DNA of 64,000 nucleotides from an uncultured delta proteobacterium (GCA_963706575.1 CAVPNL010000004.1:256001-320000); one strand, 5' to 3'. Counted from the first letter of the stretch, positions 10,749-22,112 are shown. Notes: generated by a model from the letters alone, not told the origin. Numbers and translations: made by a program.

Positions 10749-11228
10749 AAAGTTTTCATAGCAGATCCCATCACCACAATATATGGTATAGCCATATAAT
10801 AAGAAAGACGGGGATTTTTATCCTCAATCCAAGCTTTCTAAATCATATGTTTAATTGAACAATGATAGCCGGATGCTACGATTTTAATATGATCAATTTT
10901 TATGCTAATCAATAAATAATCATATCAACAGTTTATTATGCGTTTGCCCGCCACTGCTTGCCATAATCATCTGATATAACGATTAATATTGACATGTTCT
11001 ATAAATTAACCTATAAAATTTTTCTCCAGTTCTTAGTGAAGCGCCCTATTTCACTTAGCTACCCGTTTTTCCCACTTTGTTAGTAGTTTATTGTTTTATT
11101 GACATTTCATTTCAATAGATTGGTTATCTCACATCGTATCTTAGGGGACTATGAAAGAGCAAATATTAAAATTCCCGTTTTAATGCATCAATGGGAACGG
11201 TATTTCACATAAAAGGGATAATTTTTCT

Positions 11229-14200
11229 ATGAAACCGAAAGTGATGCTGATAGGCGAAGTGGTTATTCGATTCTTTATCATTGCCGGATTCAGCCTTGCG
11301 GTCAGTGCAGGCGCGCAAAACCTGCCTAGTGAAATCGGTGGTGAATATGCACTGGGCAAGAACCTTACGGGAGATGAATGCAAGCTGCGACGAGTCCAGC
11401 CGAGAGATGCGGCGGGCGGTAAAGATGAGAGATACTTGCTCCATTGCGAGGGATGGTCGCAGCCGAGCGGTCGGCTAATCGTGTTGCGGCAAAGAAATTT
11501 CCCGATTGCTAGGTTGCTGGAAAAAAGCCCTTGGGCGCAGAATATCCGGGAATCATGCGAGTGTGAGGAACCAAGGGCGGAAACCAGCATCGAGGGCGTC
11601 GAGGCAATGATGCGAAGCTGCCAGCACAGGCTCGGATGGCGTCAGATGATGTTCGTTGCAAAATACGGACGCGACTTCTACCTCGCAGACTTTCTGCCCA
11701 ATAATGCTCCCCTGATCGAACGAGCCATCCTGGTTTCGATCGGGAAGATGAGTACGGACACCTCGGTTTCTCAGGGAAAACGGATGATCGCCCTTCGAGC
11801 GCTGGAGGAGCTTATCGGAAAAGATACGAATCTTCCCTCGATCAAGGAGATCGGCGACGTCGTCGAGCTGATCAATCTGGCACGCCGGCAGCATGAAGCC
11901 CGGCTTTACCGGCAGTCTGAACTGACATGGCAGCGCGTTTTGAAGACCCAAGAAAGATTGTTCGGAATGAACAGCCCTGCGCTAGCGTTCTCGCTGCTGT
12001 ATATGGCCCATCCAGTCCGACACCAGCGCCGGATCGACGATTCTCTGGAACTCGTAAAAAGGGCCGAGCCGTTGGTTTCAAAGTCCCGAAACCCTGACCT
12101 GATCGCGCGTTATTTCAACGATCTTTCCCTGGACGCACATGAGCGGAGGAATCACGAAGCAGCCGCCGCCTTTGCCGAGAAGGCGATCGCCGCCTTTCCG
12201 GCTGATTATACTGACATGAGCATAAACAGGAGCAGGCGAAGGGGCAGAGGCACGGGGGCGCTGGCACAAGCTTACTATAATCTATCGCTAGCCAAGAGAG
12301 GAACCAACGATTACGCCAGCGCCGAAAAAGCGGTGCGAAAGTCGTTTGAGATGTTTAACAAGCTCGAAGGTTTCGACGGTACCTGGACGAACCGGGGCCG
12401 CATGCTGCTAGTAAGAGTCCTTACGGAGCAGAAGAAATTCGACGAGGCCGAGCGTTACCTGGCCGACGCTCTTCGTTCCGCCGAGAAAATGTACGGCCAC
12501 ACGATCTGGTGGGCCAACGCAAAGGTCCTGGAGGCCAGGTTGGCGGAGGCTATGGCCGATCATACCATGGCCCTGGAAGCTTACCGCGCATTTGCCTCCA
12601 TCGCAGCTCGGGAGGAGTTCTCCTGTTTCTATGGCCCGTGCTTCAGCCCCTACCTGGACTTGCTCACGTCACAGGCCGACTCCGACTCTGAGGCTGCCCA
12701 GGCCGCCCTGCGCGAGGCGTTTTCAGTCGTGCAACTGATGGACTTTCCGGTCGTCAGCACGGCGATCAATCAGCTGGCCGCCCGGGTTAGTGCCGGTGAT
12801 CAGGAGATCTCGGCCTATACGCGCGAACAGCAGGACCTGGCAGAGCGGCAGATCCGCCTGCGGGCGGAATTGATGCAGGAAGCTCTGAAGCCCGAGAAAA
12901 ATCGTTCCACGGAAAAGGAAGACACCATCGAAAGGGAGATCCACCAGATAAGGGTGCAGCTCGAAGAACGCGAGCTGAAGTTGCAGGACCGCTTTCCCAA
13001 GTATGCCCAGCTTGTGACCCGCAAGCCGGTGGATGCGCTGCAGATCGCTGAGGTCCTGCAGCCGGAAGAAGGGCTGCTCTATTTTTCACACGTCGGTGAC
13101 AAGGGCTACACGTTTCTGCTGCATCAAGGACGACTTAAGCTCCATGCAGTTAATCTGCCACAAAGGCAACTCAAGCATAGAGTCGCGGCGTTGCGCGAAG
13201 GACTGACCCTGGATGACGGCAAGTTGCGTCCCTTCGACGCTGCTCTTGCGCATGCGCTGTACCGCGACCTTGTCGGTTCTCTTTTGGATGTCCCGGGTTC
13301 AATCCGTCGGCTGGTGATTATCCCGACGGGGCCGCTGCTCAGCCTTCCGCCGGACGTCATTGTCTCTGCAGCGCCGGAAACGACAGAGAAGACGGAATGG
13401 CTACTCCGCCGGTTCAGCATTTTGGTGGTGCCGGATGTGCGCGCTTTTATGAATCTGCGGCGCATCAGCAAATCCGAGATAACATCTACCGAATTTCTCG
13501 GCGTTGGAAATCCGAGGTTTGCCGCCGAAGCATCCGGAACAACCTCTGCGGGGCGGGTAAAAGATTCAGGCACACAGAATCGGGGGCTTCAAGTCGCCGC
13601 CTCTGATCTAAAACTCCCAAACGATCCCTGCCAGGAAAATTGGAATGTCCGTGAACAGGTTGCCGGCCTGACACCGCTCCCCGAGTCTGCTGAAGAAGTC
13701 CGAGTTATGGCAGCTGAACTTGCTGCCGGCAAAGGCACGCTCCTGCTGGGGGAGAAGGCAACCAAGTCCGAACTTCTCAAAGCAGGCCTGGATACGAAAG
13801 CGATTATCGCTTTCGCCACCCACGGGCTGCTGCCGGAAGATCTTTTCTGCGAAAACGAACCGTCGCTGGCGCTGGCGCCCGGATCTCCCGGCGACTTGCA
13901 GGATGATGGTTTGTTGCGGGCGAGCGAGATCTCCGTCATGCGTCTCAATGCAATTCTGGTGATACTGTCGGCCTGCAACACGGCGGGAGCGGACGGGCAG
14001 CTTGGCGGCGAGAGCCTGTCGGGGCTGGTCAGGGCCTTTTTTTATGCCGGCGCAAGAAATGTGCTTGCGACCCATTGGCAGATCGCGTCTCAACCGACGG
14101 TAGAACTCACGACGGGCATGGCGCAGAAAAAGGCACAGGGGCTCACCTGGCCGGATGCACTTCGTGAGAGCAAGTTGCGCATGATGGACAATCCGGTGAC

Positions 14201-14249
14201 GTCCCATCCCTTCTTCTGGGGCGGATTCAGCCTGGTGGGTGGCGGCTAA
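11229..14249 (+). CDS. secreted TPR + CHAT (caspase-like) domain protein
   Basis: Signal peptide, TPR-like helices, IIPTGPL, FATHG (His), LSACNT (Cys), HPFFWGGF end. Confidence 0.9.
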   Translation: MKPKVMLIGEVVIRFFIIAGFSLAVSAGAQNLPSEIGGEYALGKNLTGDECKLRRVQPRDAAGGKDERYLLHCEGWSQPSGRLIVLRQRNFPIARLLEKSPWAQNIRESCECEEPRAETSIEGVEAMMRSCQHRLGWRQMMFVAKYGRDFYLADFLPNNAPLIERAILVSIGKMSTDTSVSQGKRMIALRALEELIGKDTNLPSIKEIGDVVELINLARRQHEARLYRQSELTWQRVLKTQERLFGMNSPALAFSLLYMAHPVRHQRRIDDSLELVKRAEPLVSKSRNPDLIARYFNDLSLDAHERRNHEAAAAFAEKAIAAFPADYTDMSINRSRRRGRGTGALAQAYYNLSLAKRGTNDYASAEKAVRKSFEMFNKLEGFDGTWTNRGRMLLVRVLTEQKKFDEAERYLADALRSAEKMYGHTIWWANAKVLEARLAEAMADHTMALEAYRAFASIAAREEFSCFYGPCFSPYLDLLTSQADSDSEAAQAALREAFSVVQLMDFPVVSTAINQLAARVSAGDQEISAYTREQQDLAERQIRLRAELMQEALKPEKNRSTEKEDTIEREIHQIRVQLEERELKLQDRFPKYAQLVTRKPVDALQIAEVLQPEEGLLYFSHVGDKGYTFLLHQGRLKLHAVNLPQRQLKHRVAALREGLTLDDGKLRPFDAALAHALYRDLVGSLLDVPGSIRRLVIIPTGPLLSLPPDVIVSAAPETTEKTEWLLRRFSILVVPDVRAFMNLRRISKSEITSTEFLGVGNPRFAAEASGTTSAGRVKDSGTQNRGLQVAASDLKLPNDPCQENWNVREQVAGLTPLPESAEEVRVMAAELAAGKGTLLLGEKATKSELLKAGLDTKAIIAFATHGLLPEDLFCENEPSLALAPGSPGDLQDDGLLRASEISVMRLNAILVILSACNTAGADGQLGGESLSGLVRAFFYAGARNVLATHWQIASQPTVELTTGMAQKKAQGLTWPDALRESKLRMMDNPVTSHPFFWGGFSLVGGG

Positions 14250-14440
14250 TGAAAATGATAGGTGTTTTGACTTGTTGAGATGTTAAAAAATATAGAGCTC
14301 GACCTTTCCGAGCACTTCTTGTCATATTACTCTGTGATCAGTACCAAATAACTGGCGTGGTTTAAAAATAGATAGTGTTGATTTTTTGAAATTATGTAGA
14401 ACCCTAGATATTGTGGTTTGCCCAAAACCTAAAAATTGCA

Positions 14441-14549
14441 GATTAATTGAGAATATCACTAAAACAGAAAATCTGTCGTATCATCTTTGATATTTCGAAT
14501 ATTACAACTTGTTCATGGCTTTAAAAATCTTTGATAAGCTGGAGGTATC
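14441..14549 (+). repeat. GATAT-N7-ATATC tripartite site (degenerate)
   Basis: gattaattgagaatatc 14441, gatatttcgaatatt 14489, gataagctggaggtatc 14533. Confidence 0.7.
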
Positions 14550-14554
14550 CAAAT

Positions 14555-14585
14555 AAAAGGCAGAGCCATTGCTGACTCTGCCTTT
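14555..14585 (-). terminator. intrinsic terminator hairpin shared by three modules
   Basis: aaaaggcagagccattgctgactctgccttt; similar hairpins at about 16513 and 47140. Confidence 0.6.
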
Positions 14586-14667
14586 ATAGTTAGTGATAAA
14601 TTCCAGCTAAAAATTTCCAAAAATATGAAAGTTCATAATTTATATCAGAGCCAATAGATCGCAAAGA

Positions 14668-15252
14668 CTATTCTTTTTTATCTACTTTGGAAAACTTTGC
14701 GCCTTTTAAAGAGATGTCAGCAATGAGACCTTTGGCATCAAATACGAAGCCGACAACGGGGTCTTTTAAAGTCCTTGTATCAGCACGTTCGCCTCCTCCA
14801 ACAGTGAATAAGGCGACATTGCCATCTACACCGGCTTCCCAGCCTTTGCTTGCTCTAAATTGTTTGAGAGCTTCATCTGTCATAAATAAAAGAATAATAT
14901 CTTTAGATTGCCCTCCAATCTGAAAACCGATGGAGCCAGAGATGGTATTATAATAATCAACTGTTTTCCCGCCGACTCGAAGAGCTCCTTCTCCATATTC
15001 ACCGCCTATTATAAATGCCCCCTTTACAACATTGGGCATAACCAGCATTCCTTTAGATGCTTCTACGAACTCCTTGGCCCCTTTAACTTGCTTGTGAAAG
15101 CGTTCGATGGCAGCATCCACGCTGACATCAATTTCCTTTGCGGTTTTTGCATATAGATTACTGGATAAAAAAACACCAATTATCGTGATCAACAAAAAAA
15201 CCCGAATCGACCATTTATTTTTTATGGAATTATTAAACAAGTCTGTGTTCAT
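14668..15252 (-). CDS. YSC84/SYLF lipid-binding domain secreted protein
   Basis: GAFIIGGEYGEG, GSIGFQIGGQ, KGLIADISLKG. Confidence 0.85.
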   Translation of the reverse strand: MNTDLFNNSIKNKWSIRVFLLITIIGVFLSSNLYAKTAKEIDVSVDAAIERFHKQVKGAKEFVEASKGMLVMPNVVKGAFIIGGEYGEGALRVGGKTVDYYNTISGSIGFQIGGQSKDIILLFMTDEALKQFRASKGWEAGVDGNVALFTVGGGERADTRTLKDPVVGFVFDAKGLIADISLKGAKFSKVDKKE

Positions 15253-15305
15253 TAGTTTCCTCCCTTTCAAATTTTGCTGATTAAGTAAACTGATCTTTTG
15301 ATATT

Positions 15306-15435
15306 GGGGGGCCGGGCCACCCTAATTATTTGACGTTAAGCCACATAAATCATAAAAGCAAGCCGTTAAGCCTAAAAACGGTTCTTTTTTTAGCTCTTTT
15401 TGCAAAATATCAAATCCTTACTACGGGCTGACCCC
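15306..15435 (+). mobile_element. complete 130-bp MITE derived from the RAYT element
   Basis: ggggggccgggccac... left end joined to ...gcaaaatatcaaatccttactacgggctgacccc right end. Confidence 0.8.
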
Positions 15436-15456
15436 GTTCGATTTTTTCGACAGTCT

Positions 15457-15811
15457 CTGAATTGAACGCACCAAATATGTCCAGATTGAGATTCTTTTCC
15501 CAGGAACTGATGTCTGCGCCGATAGCCATCGCCCCCGCGTTTGAAATCAGGACGTCCAGACCGCCTAGCTCATTTCCGGCTTTTTCAATCCACTCTCTCA
15601 GTGCATCACCGTGCGTAATATCCACAGTTCCGCCAAAAGCTGAAACACCTTTTGATTTCGAGGCATTAACAGCTTCGGAGATCTGGTTGCTGTCGCGTGC
15701 GCAAATGACAACATTGCAGCCTTCGCCAGCCAGTGTTTCGGCGATGGCACGGCCAATCCCTCTAGTGCCGCCAGTTACGATAGCCCTTTTTCCGTTTAAT
15801 CGAAGATCCAT
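15457..15811 (-). pseudogene. SDR oxidoreductase, truncated by an IS1182-type end
   Basis: TGGTRGIG and NAG motifs; coding similarity stops at ttttttcgacagtctc (15442-15457); no YxxxK. Confidence 0.8.
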
Positions 15812-15927
15812 ATGCTTGCCTCCTTCAGAGACAGACTGTTCAGAAAATAGGGGCATCGGGGAAAGTTTCCCAAAAAGCACAGTTTAAAATTGAAAACTGA
15901 ATTTCAGCCAAACTTTCTGTTAGGGGA

Positions 15928-16224
15928 CTACCAGAGGCCTATGCCATAGATATTATACTCTGGTTTGGTTTCAAGATGTTTCTCGATAATTTCATTTAGC
16001 CTGATACGGCGTTCGTCCCTCTTCCATTGCTGCCAATGTTCTAAAGATATCCACCTGCCTATCACCAAGCATTCCTCCGGGCGATCTAAGTTCAAAAATG
16101 TTTCGCCTGAAATGTATCCCGGCTGCCTGACCGCAAGAGCTCTTAATTCTACTATGTGAGGCAAAATCACCTTTGCATCAATCCCATGCTTTGTTATTCG
16201 CTTTATTAAAACTCCAATCGCCAT
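15928..16224 (-). CDS. antibiotic biosynthesis monooxygenase (ABM) domain protein
   Basis: LRALAVRQPGYISGET...W...W; paralog of 40219-40527. Confidence 0.8.
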   Translation of the reverse strand: MAIGVLIKRITKHGIDAKVILPHIVELRALAVRQPGYISGETFLNLDRPEECLVIGRWISLEHWQQWKRDERRIRLNEIIEKHLETKPEYNIYGIGLW

Positions 16225-16583
16225 GTTCCTCTCCTTTCAATAATTCTTTTATGCTAAGTTAAGAAAAGATTGCCTTTGGAGAAATGGGGTCCGGAGCAGC
16301 ACAGATTCAAGGAATAAAATTCGATAGATGTGTTTGAGGAAAAATTATCAGTTGAGGCTTAGACCTAATATCTCAAGCAGATATAGTACCCTGCTGTGAA
16401 AGTCAAGAACAATAGGATACAATGTGGTGGTTTATGAGAAACAAGAATTTTGGGGTTACTTGTCAATAACACAACTTCACCCAAATTGCATGTATATTGT
16501 AGGTATCCAGACAAAAGGCAGAGCCATTTGCTGGCCCTGCCCTTGTGTGTAACTTATCCACCACAATCTAAATTATTGGTCAA

Positions 16584-16880
16584 TTATCCTTTTAAAGCTT
16601 TTATCATATCATTCACTTGGCTTTCTGTTGCTATCGGAATAACCTTGAAAGTGCAAAATGGTACGTACTGCTGGAGAGAACTCATCACTTCCAACTCAGT
16701 ACCTTCATTTATAGCATATCCATTGGATTCACCAACAAATGATCCCCAGTCCTTTGTTATTCCTTTTTCGATGTCTTGCCTGACCATTGCCATCAACATA
16801 CCCCAGCCTTCACCTCGCTCTTTTGGATCAACCGGAATTTGCGTTTGTACCACTTCCCAGAGAACAAGATATTTTCCCAT
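16584..16880 (-). CDS. DUF3303-like hypothetical protein
   Basis: MGKYLVLWE...KDWGSFVGESNGYAI. Confidence 0.6.
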   Translation of the reverse strand: MGKYLVLWEVVQTQIPVDPKERGEGWGMLMAMVRQDIEKGITKDWGSFVGESNGYAINEGTELEVMSSLQQYVPFCTFKVIPIATESQVNDMIKALKG

Positions 16881-17318
16881 GACTTTTTTCCTGCCTTTTT
16901 TAATGGGTGAGCATAATTTGCACGGTAATTTATTGGAATCCCCCAACAGGATATAAAATCCCGTCAGGAGCCTGGCATGCATAATTTTAGTGGTTTCTCC
17001 ATTGAATCTTTACCTGATTATTAGGTTAAATTTTAATGGAAACCAGTATCTATTTCAGAGGGAAAATAACTTTTAGATTGGGAATCCGTTCAATGGGTAA
17101 GCAGGAATTTCAGAAAAGAAATTATGAGAACTAACAGTGAGTGTGAGAATCAGCTCCAATCGAGCACAATGTTAAATTTCAAATATTACAGGCACCATTC
17201 AATGTCAATGAAATTCAATCGTTATTGGCGTCGGGCCGCCCTCCGGACTCCATCCTAATTTCACCGGATAATTAATATTTAAGATTTTATTGAATGGTAC
17301 CGATATAAAAAGAAAAAA

Positions 17319-17717
17319 ATGGAGAATAAAATGAAAAAATTTTTACCAATTATCGCATTGTTTTTGATTATCACAGGGTGTTCAACTGTATCTGAGTCAC
17401 CGACAGTCCAACTCAATGTTATAGAAACCTGGACCGGATATGCTAAAGGAAGAGGTGGAGATTGTTCAGATGCCGAGGTCCAGGTTAATGTACTTGACGA
17501 TTACAGTATTATCGGGACGGCACAGGTCACCGATTTCAACATGGTAATACAGCTAAAAGGACAACTATCAGGTGATGGGGAGTTGCGTGCAACAGGATTT
17601 GGAGCTGGAGGGGTTGCGGTCTCATACAAAGGAAATTTTAATGGCGGCTCTGCATCCGGCACATGGATCAGCAGCAGACCCGGTTGTGACGGAACCTGGG
17701 AGTTGGCAAAAAAATAA
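17319..17717 (+). CDS. putative lipoprotein
   Basis: Lipobox IITGC; beta-rich sequence. Confidence 0.7.
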   Translation: MENKMKKFLPIIALFLIITGCSTVSESPTVQLNVIETWTGYAKGRGGDCSDAEVQVNVLDDYSIIGTAQVTDFNMVIQLKGQLSGDGELRATGFGAGGVAVSYKGNFNGGSASGTWISSRPGCDGTWELAKK

Positions 17718-18126
17718 TATTCGGACAGGGGTGGAGCGTGGTGCAAATTGCCTGAGGGAAGAAGCGGGGCATCCTTCTCCACCTCCGCCCGAATTTAAGC
17801 CGCTATCTACACATTTCATCCATTCTGGTTATTTCAAAGACCCTGTTTTAATATGCTAATTTATTGTTAGACAGGTCCATGATGCATCTAAATTTCTGAA
17901 TGCTAATGGTGCGGGAATATTCTTTTCGCATTGACAACTGTAACATAAATCATTAAAAACTAAATATAGAAACGACTCTTTCTTTAATCACCGCTGACCC
18001 TTGATTTAGTAAATCTTCCTCTTTTACTACTCTATTTTACTACGAATCGGAAATGCAATGATTAAAAACTGAGTCTTTTCTCCTCAATATTCCAAACTAA
18101 TTTTACTGACAACTGATGATATTCTT

Positions 18127-18783
18127 ATGGCCGAAAAACCAACATACACAGAATTGGAGCGTAAGGTCACCCAATTAGAGAGAGAAATCCTGGAATATGT
18201 GCGCAAAGAAAAGGAGTTTACCAGGGATCAAAAATTGGTTGGATACAGCCACCTTAAGCGCACAATAAGCCTGATGAAGATTAATGAGGAATTGAACAGA
18301 GAGATTAAAGGTCTAAAACATGCTGACAAAGAAGAACTGGGGTATGTTTTTAATAAGCTTGAAGAGCGTATTAAAGAAATAAATTGTCTCTATGATATCT
18401 CAAGCCTCAAGGCTGGAGAGAATTTTTCTTTGGATGATATTCTCCAAGAAATTGTCGATTTCATTCCTTCGGCAATTCAATACCCTGAAATTGCTTGCGC
18501 TCGTATTATCTTTAATCGTTATGAGTTTACAACAAAAAATTTTAAAGAAACCAAATGGAAACTATCCCAAGAAATCAAAGTGAATAATGAACGGATTGGT
18601 GCTCTGGAAGTGTGTTATCTGGAAGAAAAACCAGAGCTTGAGGAGGGACTGTTCATTAAGGAGACAAAAAATTTAATTACCTCTATCGCTGAAAGCATTG
18701 CACAAATTGTCGAGCGTGATTGGGCGGAAATAGAAATAAGAAAATGCCGGAAGAAAATTGAAGAAATCCTCAAACAAAATTAA
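18127..18783 (+). CDS. hypothetical protein resembling a sensor input region (coiled coil + GAF-like)
   Basis: KPTYTELE N-terminus; ERIKEINCLY...QYPEIACARI...GALEVCY motif seen in sensor kinases. Confidence 0.6.
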   Translation: MAEKPTYTELERKVTQLEREILEYVRKEKEFTRDQKLVGYSHLKRTISLMKINEELNREIKGLKHADKEELGYVFNKLEERIKEINCLYDISSLKAGENFSLDDILQEIVDFIPSAIQYPEIACARIIFNRYEFTTKNFKETKWKLSQEIKVNNERIGALEVCYLEEKPELEEGLFIKETKNLITSIAESIAQIVERDWAEIEIRKCRKKIEEILKQN

Positions 18784-18952
18784 TGACTTCTAACTTTTAC
18801 CAGTTTCTCATTTGAAATGTGGACTGCCCCTAAAACCTAATCTACCATACCATGACCGCAACTACTCAGTGATCATCGGTTCATTTTTTCCATAAAAACA
18901 AAAGGCACCCCTCTCAAATGGAAGGATGCCCTTTTTTACTTGGAATTGAAAG

Positions 18953-19153
18953 TTATATCACAGTGACATTTGCAGCGGCAGGACCTTTTTGTCCTTGCTC
19001 TATGTCAAAGGAAACTTGGTCGCCCTCATTGAGGGATTTAAAACCGGCTGCATTGATTGCTGAATGATGAACAAACACATCCGGTCCGTCTTCCTGCTCG
19101 ATGAACCCGAATCCTTTATGGTCATTAAACCACTTAACAGTTCCATTAGTCAT
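18953..19153 (-). CDS. csp: cold-shock protein
   Basis: GTVKWFN..KGFGFI, DVFVHHS, GQKGP. Confidence 0.95.
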   Translation of the reverse strand: MTNGTVKWFNDHKGFGFIEQEDGPDVFVHHSAINAAGFKSLNEGDQVSFDIEQGQKGPAAANVTVI

Positions 19154-19363
19154 AATAACATTCTCCTTTCTTAAAATTTTCAACGTCGCAAACTGGAGGA
19201 TGCCACTCTGACAAATGGGTTGTTCCCTCAGAAAGAAACCGTCCCGACTATATAGGTCGGGACTTAATTGATTGGGTGGAACATAATCCTTCTTTAGGCC
19301 AATAGCAAGCTAATTATTGATCTTTTTAAGCGGAATACTCAGATTAGGTTATTTCAAAACCTT

Positions 19364-19380
19364 GATATGTTGGAGCTGTC
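19364..19380 (+). repeat. GTTGGAG-core unit of the GATAT site
   Basis: ttcaaaaccttgatatgttggagctgtcaaaggtttt. Confidence 0.6.
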
Positions 19381-19715
19381 AAAGGTTTTAGAACTGCAAA
19401 GAAACCTTTGTTATACGGTAATTTATTCTTACTTTATCCCAGCCTTTTGCATAGCGGCCTTGTTACGCTCACAACTATCCGGAGGATATGGACACCTATT
19501 AAAGGATTTCTCAAGAGAGTACTAAGGAAAGGTTGCTCTGATGCCACGCAAAAAAAGATATTATCTTCACAGAGAAAAAGGGGGCATCCTATATTGGGGA
19601 TGTCCCCCTTCTTTCCATAAAAAATAAAGGCGGCTAAAATTATTTTTAGCCGCCTCTTATTTTTCTATAACTTATTCGTTCTTTGTTTCAGATTAAAAAT
19701 CAGCTCGGATTAGCA

Positions 19716-21357
19716 TTAGTCTAACATAGTGGAAATGGCGATGAGTTCACCATTGGGTGTTACAATATACAAAAAGCCATCATTACTTAACGCGAGATGA
19801 CCGCTGGCCGGATAATCCCATACATCGGTTCTGGTCTCCAGATCAACGGCATAGGTTGTAGATTCAGTGCTCACAAAAATAAGATTATCTGTCACAATCA
19901 TGGGCGCAACAATACTTTCATCCTTCAGTGGCGGTTGCCACGGTAGCCAACCCTCATAGAAGAACCGTCGCTCTCATCGAGTGCATGCAGAAATCCCTTA
20001 TTAACGGCGTAAATGATTCCATTCGCCAAAGAGGGCTGTCCGCTAAACTTTTTCCTCAGGTCTCTTCTTCATCTCCTTCAACTTTTCACATCTTGCGGGA
20101 TTTCCCAGCCGATTTTCTGCTTATGCCGGATTAAGCAAAACTGATAAGGCGACCACCATTAATCACAATAACGTTATTCAGGCTGCCCAGTACAGGGGCC
20201 AAATCCATGCTGAATTGGTCGAGTTCTTTCCAAACATAATTCGGATCAGGAATACTAAATTCCAACTCACCGACTTCCAAGATCGAAGACTGTACAGTGA
20301 ATCGAAGACCAATTTAGAATTGTAAGGTCCGGTGTAAGCAATGACATGATTCTGATTGACCGCCGGCGTCCATTGTTCGTAAGGAGGCAAAGGCACCCAA
20401 GGCGGATCCCACAATTCTTCTCCAGTGGCACCATTAAAACCATAGACACCCCCAAACCAAGAAACAGAGGAGCCTTCTCGACACGATGGCTGCCACCCAT
20501 ATATATACCAGCATTTACCTCATCATTTACAACTTCCTCATAAATGGTTGGCGCATAAAACCGAAACGATTGGTTTGATAAGATCGGTATCAAAGATCGA
20601 CGTCGCTCCGGGTTAAGTTGTCCAGCACCAAATGCCCATAAAATGGATTTGATCGGCCACACCGGATTGAATATAAACGGTACTGCTAGCGTAGGCCGGC
20701 GGATTTATGGAATAAATATCACCAAAATCATAGCTCCTGATCAGTCCACACGGTCGTCTCCGTTGCGCTATCCAACGCCATTACCAGGTGTGGTCCAGAC
20801 TCCCAGCCGTAGTGACAAAGACTTTTCCATCACCGGCTGCGACCGGATTTAGCGGAATGGATTCAGTTCGAGCTCAGCGACTTCAGCTATATTTTTAGTC
20901 CAGCTATGGGAAAATTCATTCGTGTTCAAAAAGACCGGAACATGACCGGTATGATCTGCCCTGCCCTGATACGTCGACCATGGTACGCTCCGACTTCTCT
21001 GAACGCGGCGACTCCGGTGGAAGTGGTTCTTGTTTTTCAGCGGCTTTAAAATCTCTCGTCTAATACATTTTGAAAAAATTCAACAGTCATCTCTGTGAGG
21101 GGCGGATTAAAAGTGTGCCTTCTTTTTCGGGCGTGATCGTTAGAATGCCGTAATGAAACTCTTGAAAAACATAGGCTCCATCGGCGTCTGTGATAGCGCA
21201 TTATCGAACCATCACCGTCTTCCCCTTCACCATCCAGATATACGGTGACACCGTCAACTCCTTCCCCATCAGCGGTTGTGATGGTTCCTGAAATTTTACA
21301 GCCCGCAACTGCGACTGTGGATATTAGGATAAAAACGAGAAACAATCGGCGTAGCAT
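19716..21357 (-). pseudogene. secreted PQQ-type beta-propeller protein, multiply frameshifted
   Basis: Fragments in several frames: lipoprotein signal (VAGC) with ISGTIT..GEGVDGVTV, WSTYQG..DHTG, YAPTI, YAVDLET...WDYP. Confidence 0.6.
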
Positions 21358-21551
21358 GTTAATTCCCCCTGTTAATAAAAATTAGTTTATTTTTCTTCCT
21401 GCCCTCAAAGGCCTGTTAGAAGTGCTCTATGTATGATCAGTTTTGTTTTGATTTCGGAAAGGCGGTGGCGGGTATTTATTTCTGAATTAAGAAAGTACTA
21501 AATGGTAGCAGTGCAAATCAGCAAAATCAAGACAAAAATACTCATACTTTT

Positions 21552-21594
21552 CAGCACTTTACAGTATTTTACAGCATTTGACAGCACTTGACAG
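21552..21594. repeat. 10-bp period tandem repeat CAG(C/T)A(C/T)TT(T/G)A, about 4 copies
   Basis: cagcacttta cagtatttta cagcatttga cagcacttga cag. Confidence 0.7.
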
Positions 21595-21788
21595 TTCAGG
21601 GAGGAATTTCACCTTAAAAAGCATAGCGGATACAGCATTAAAGCACCATTTTACAAAGTAATAAGGGGCGGAGATGGGGGAGAACGCAAACAGCTACCCG
21701 GTTCGGGTTACCTCCGTCCCGCCTGAAGTGGTTTCCTATTTCCAGGCACACCAACAGCATGCTGTGATGCCATCGGCGAGCTGACCCG

Positions 21789-22112
21789 TTATATATTTTC
21801 CTTTATATTTTTATAGATCACCAGAACCCATACGATTATGACACAAAGAACAAGGCTTCCTACGATAATACAACCGATGACTAATAAGATTTTTTCAATT
21901 CTGGATTCAGTTGATTTATTTCCTTGAGCTTCCTGATTGAATTTCCATTTTTTAAATATGTACTCCCCCAAAAAAAAATTAAGGACAGCCGGCACAATCG
22001 CAAAATATGGATTTAAGGATTGGCCAAAAAGTTTGTTAAATTCCTTAATTATATAAAAAAGAATAAATGCAAAGATTAACCATATCATTGCCCTTGCGAT
22101 GAAAGCTGCCAT
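21789..22112 (-). CDS. small membrane protein (3 TM)
   Basis: Three hydrophobic segments. Confidence 0.6.
   Translation of the reverse strand: MAAFIARAMIWLIFAFILFYIIKEFNKLFGQSLNPYFAIVPAVLNFFLGEYIFKKWKFNQEAQGNKSTESRIEKILLVIGCIIVGSLVLCVIIVWVLVIYKNIKENI

Noticed and set aside
11281..14207. Many overlapping ORFs within the CHAT gene (and similarly within mdlA, mreB and the kinase)
   Set aside because: Shadow ORFs of real genes, with no recognisable motifs.
19716..21357. Programmed frameshifting in the fragmented genes (also 60383-62460)
   Set aside because: Too many scattered indels; decay or long-read error is more likely and cannot be distinguished here.
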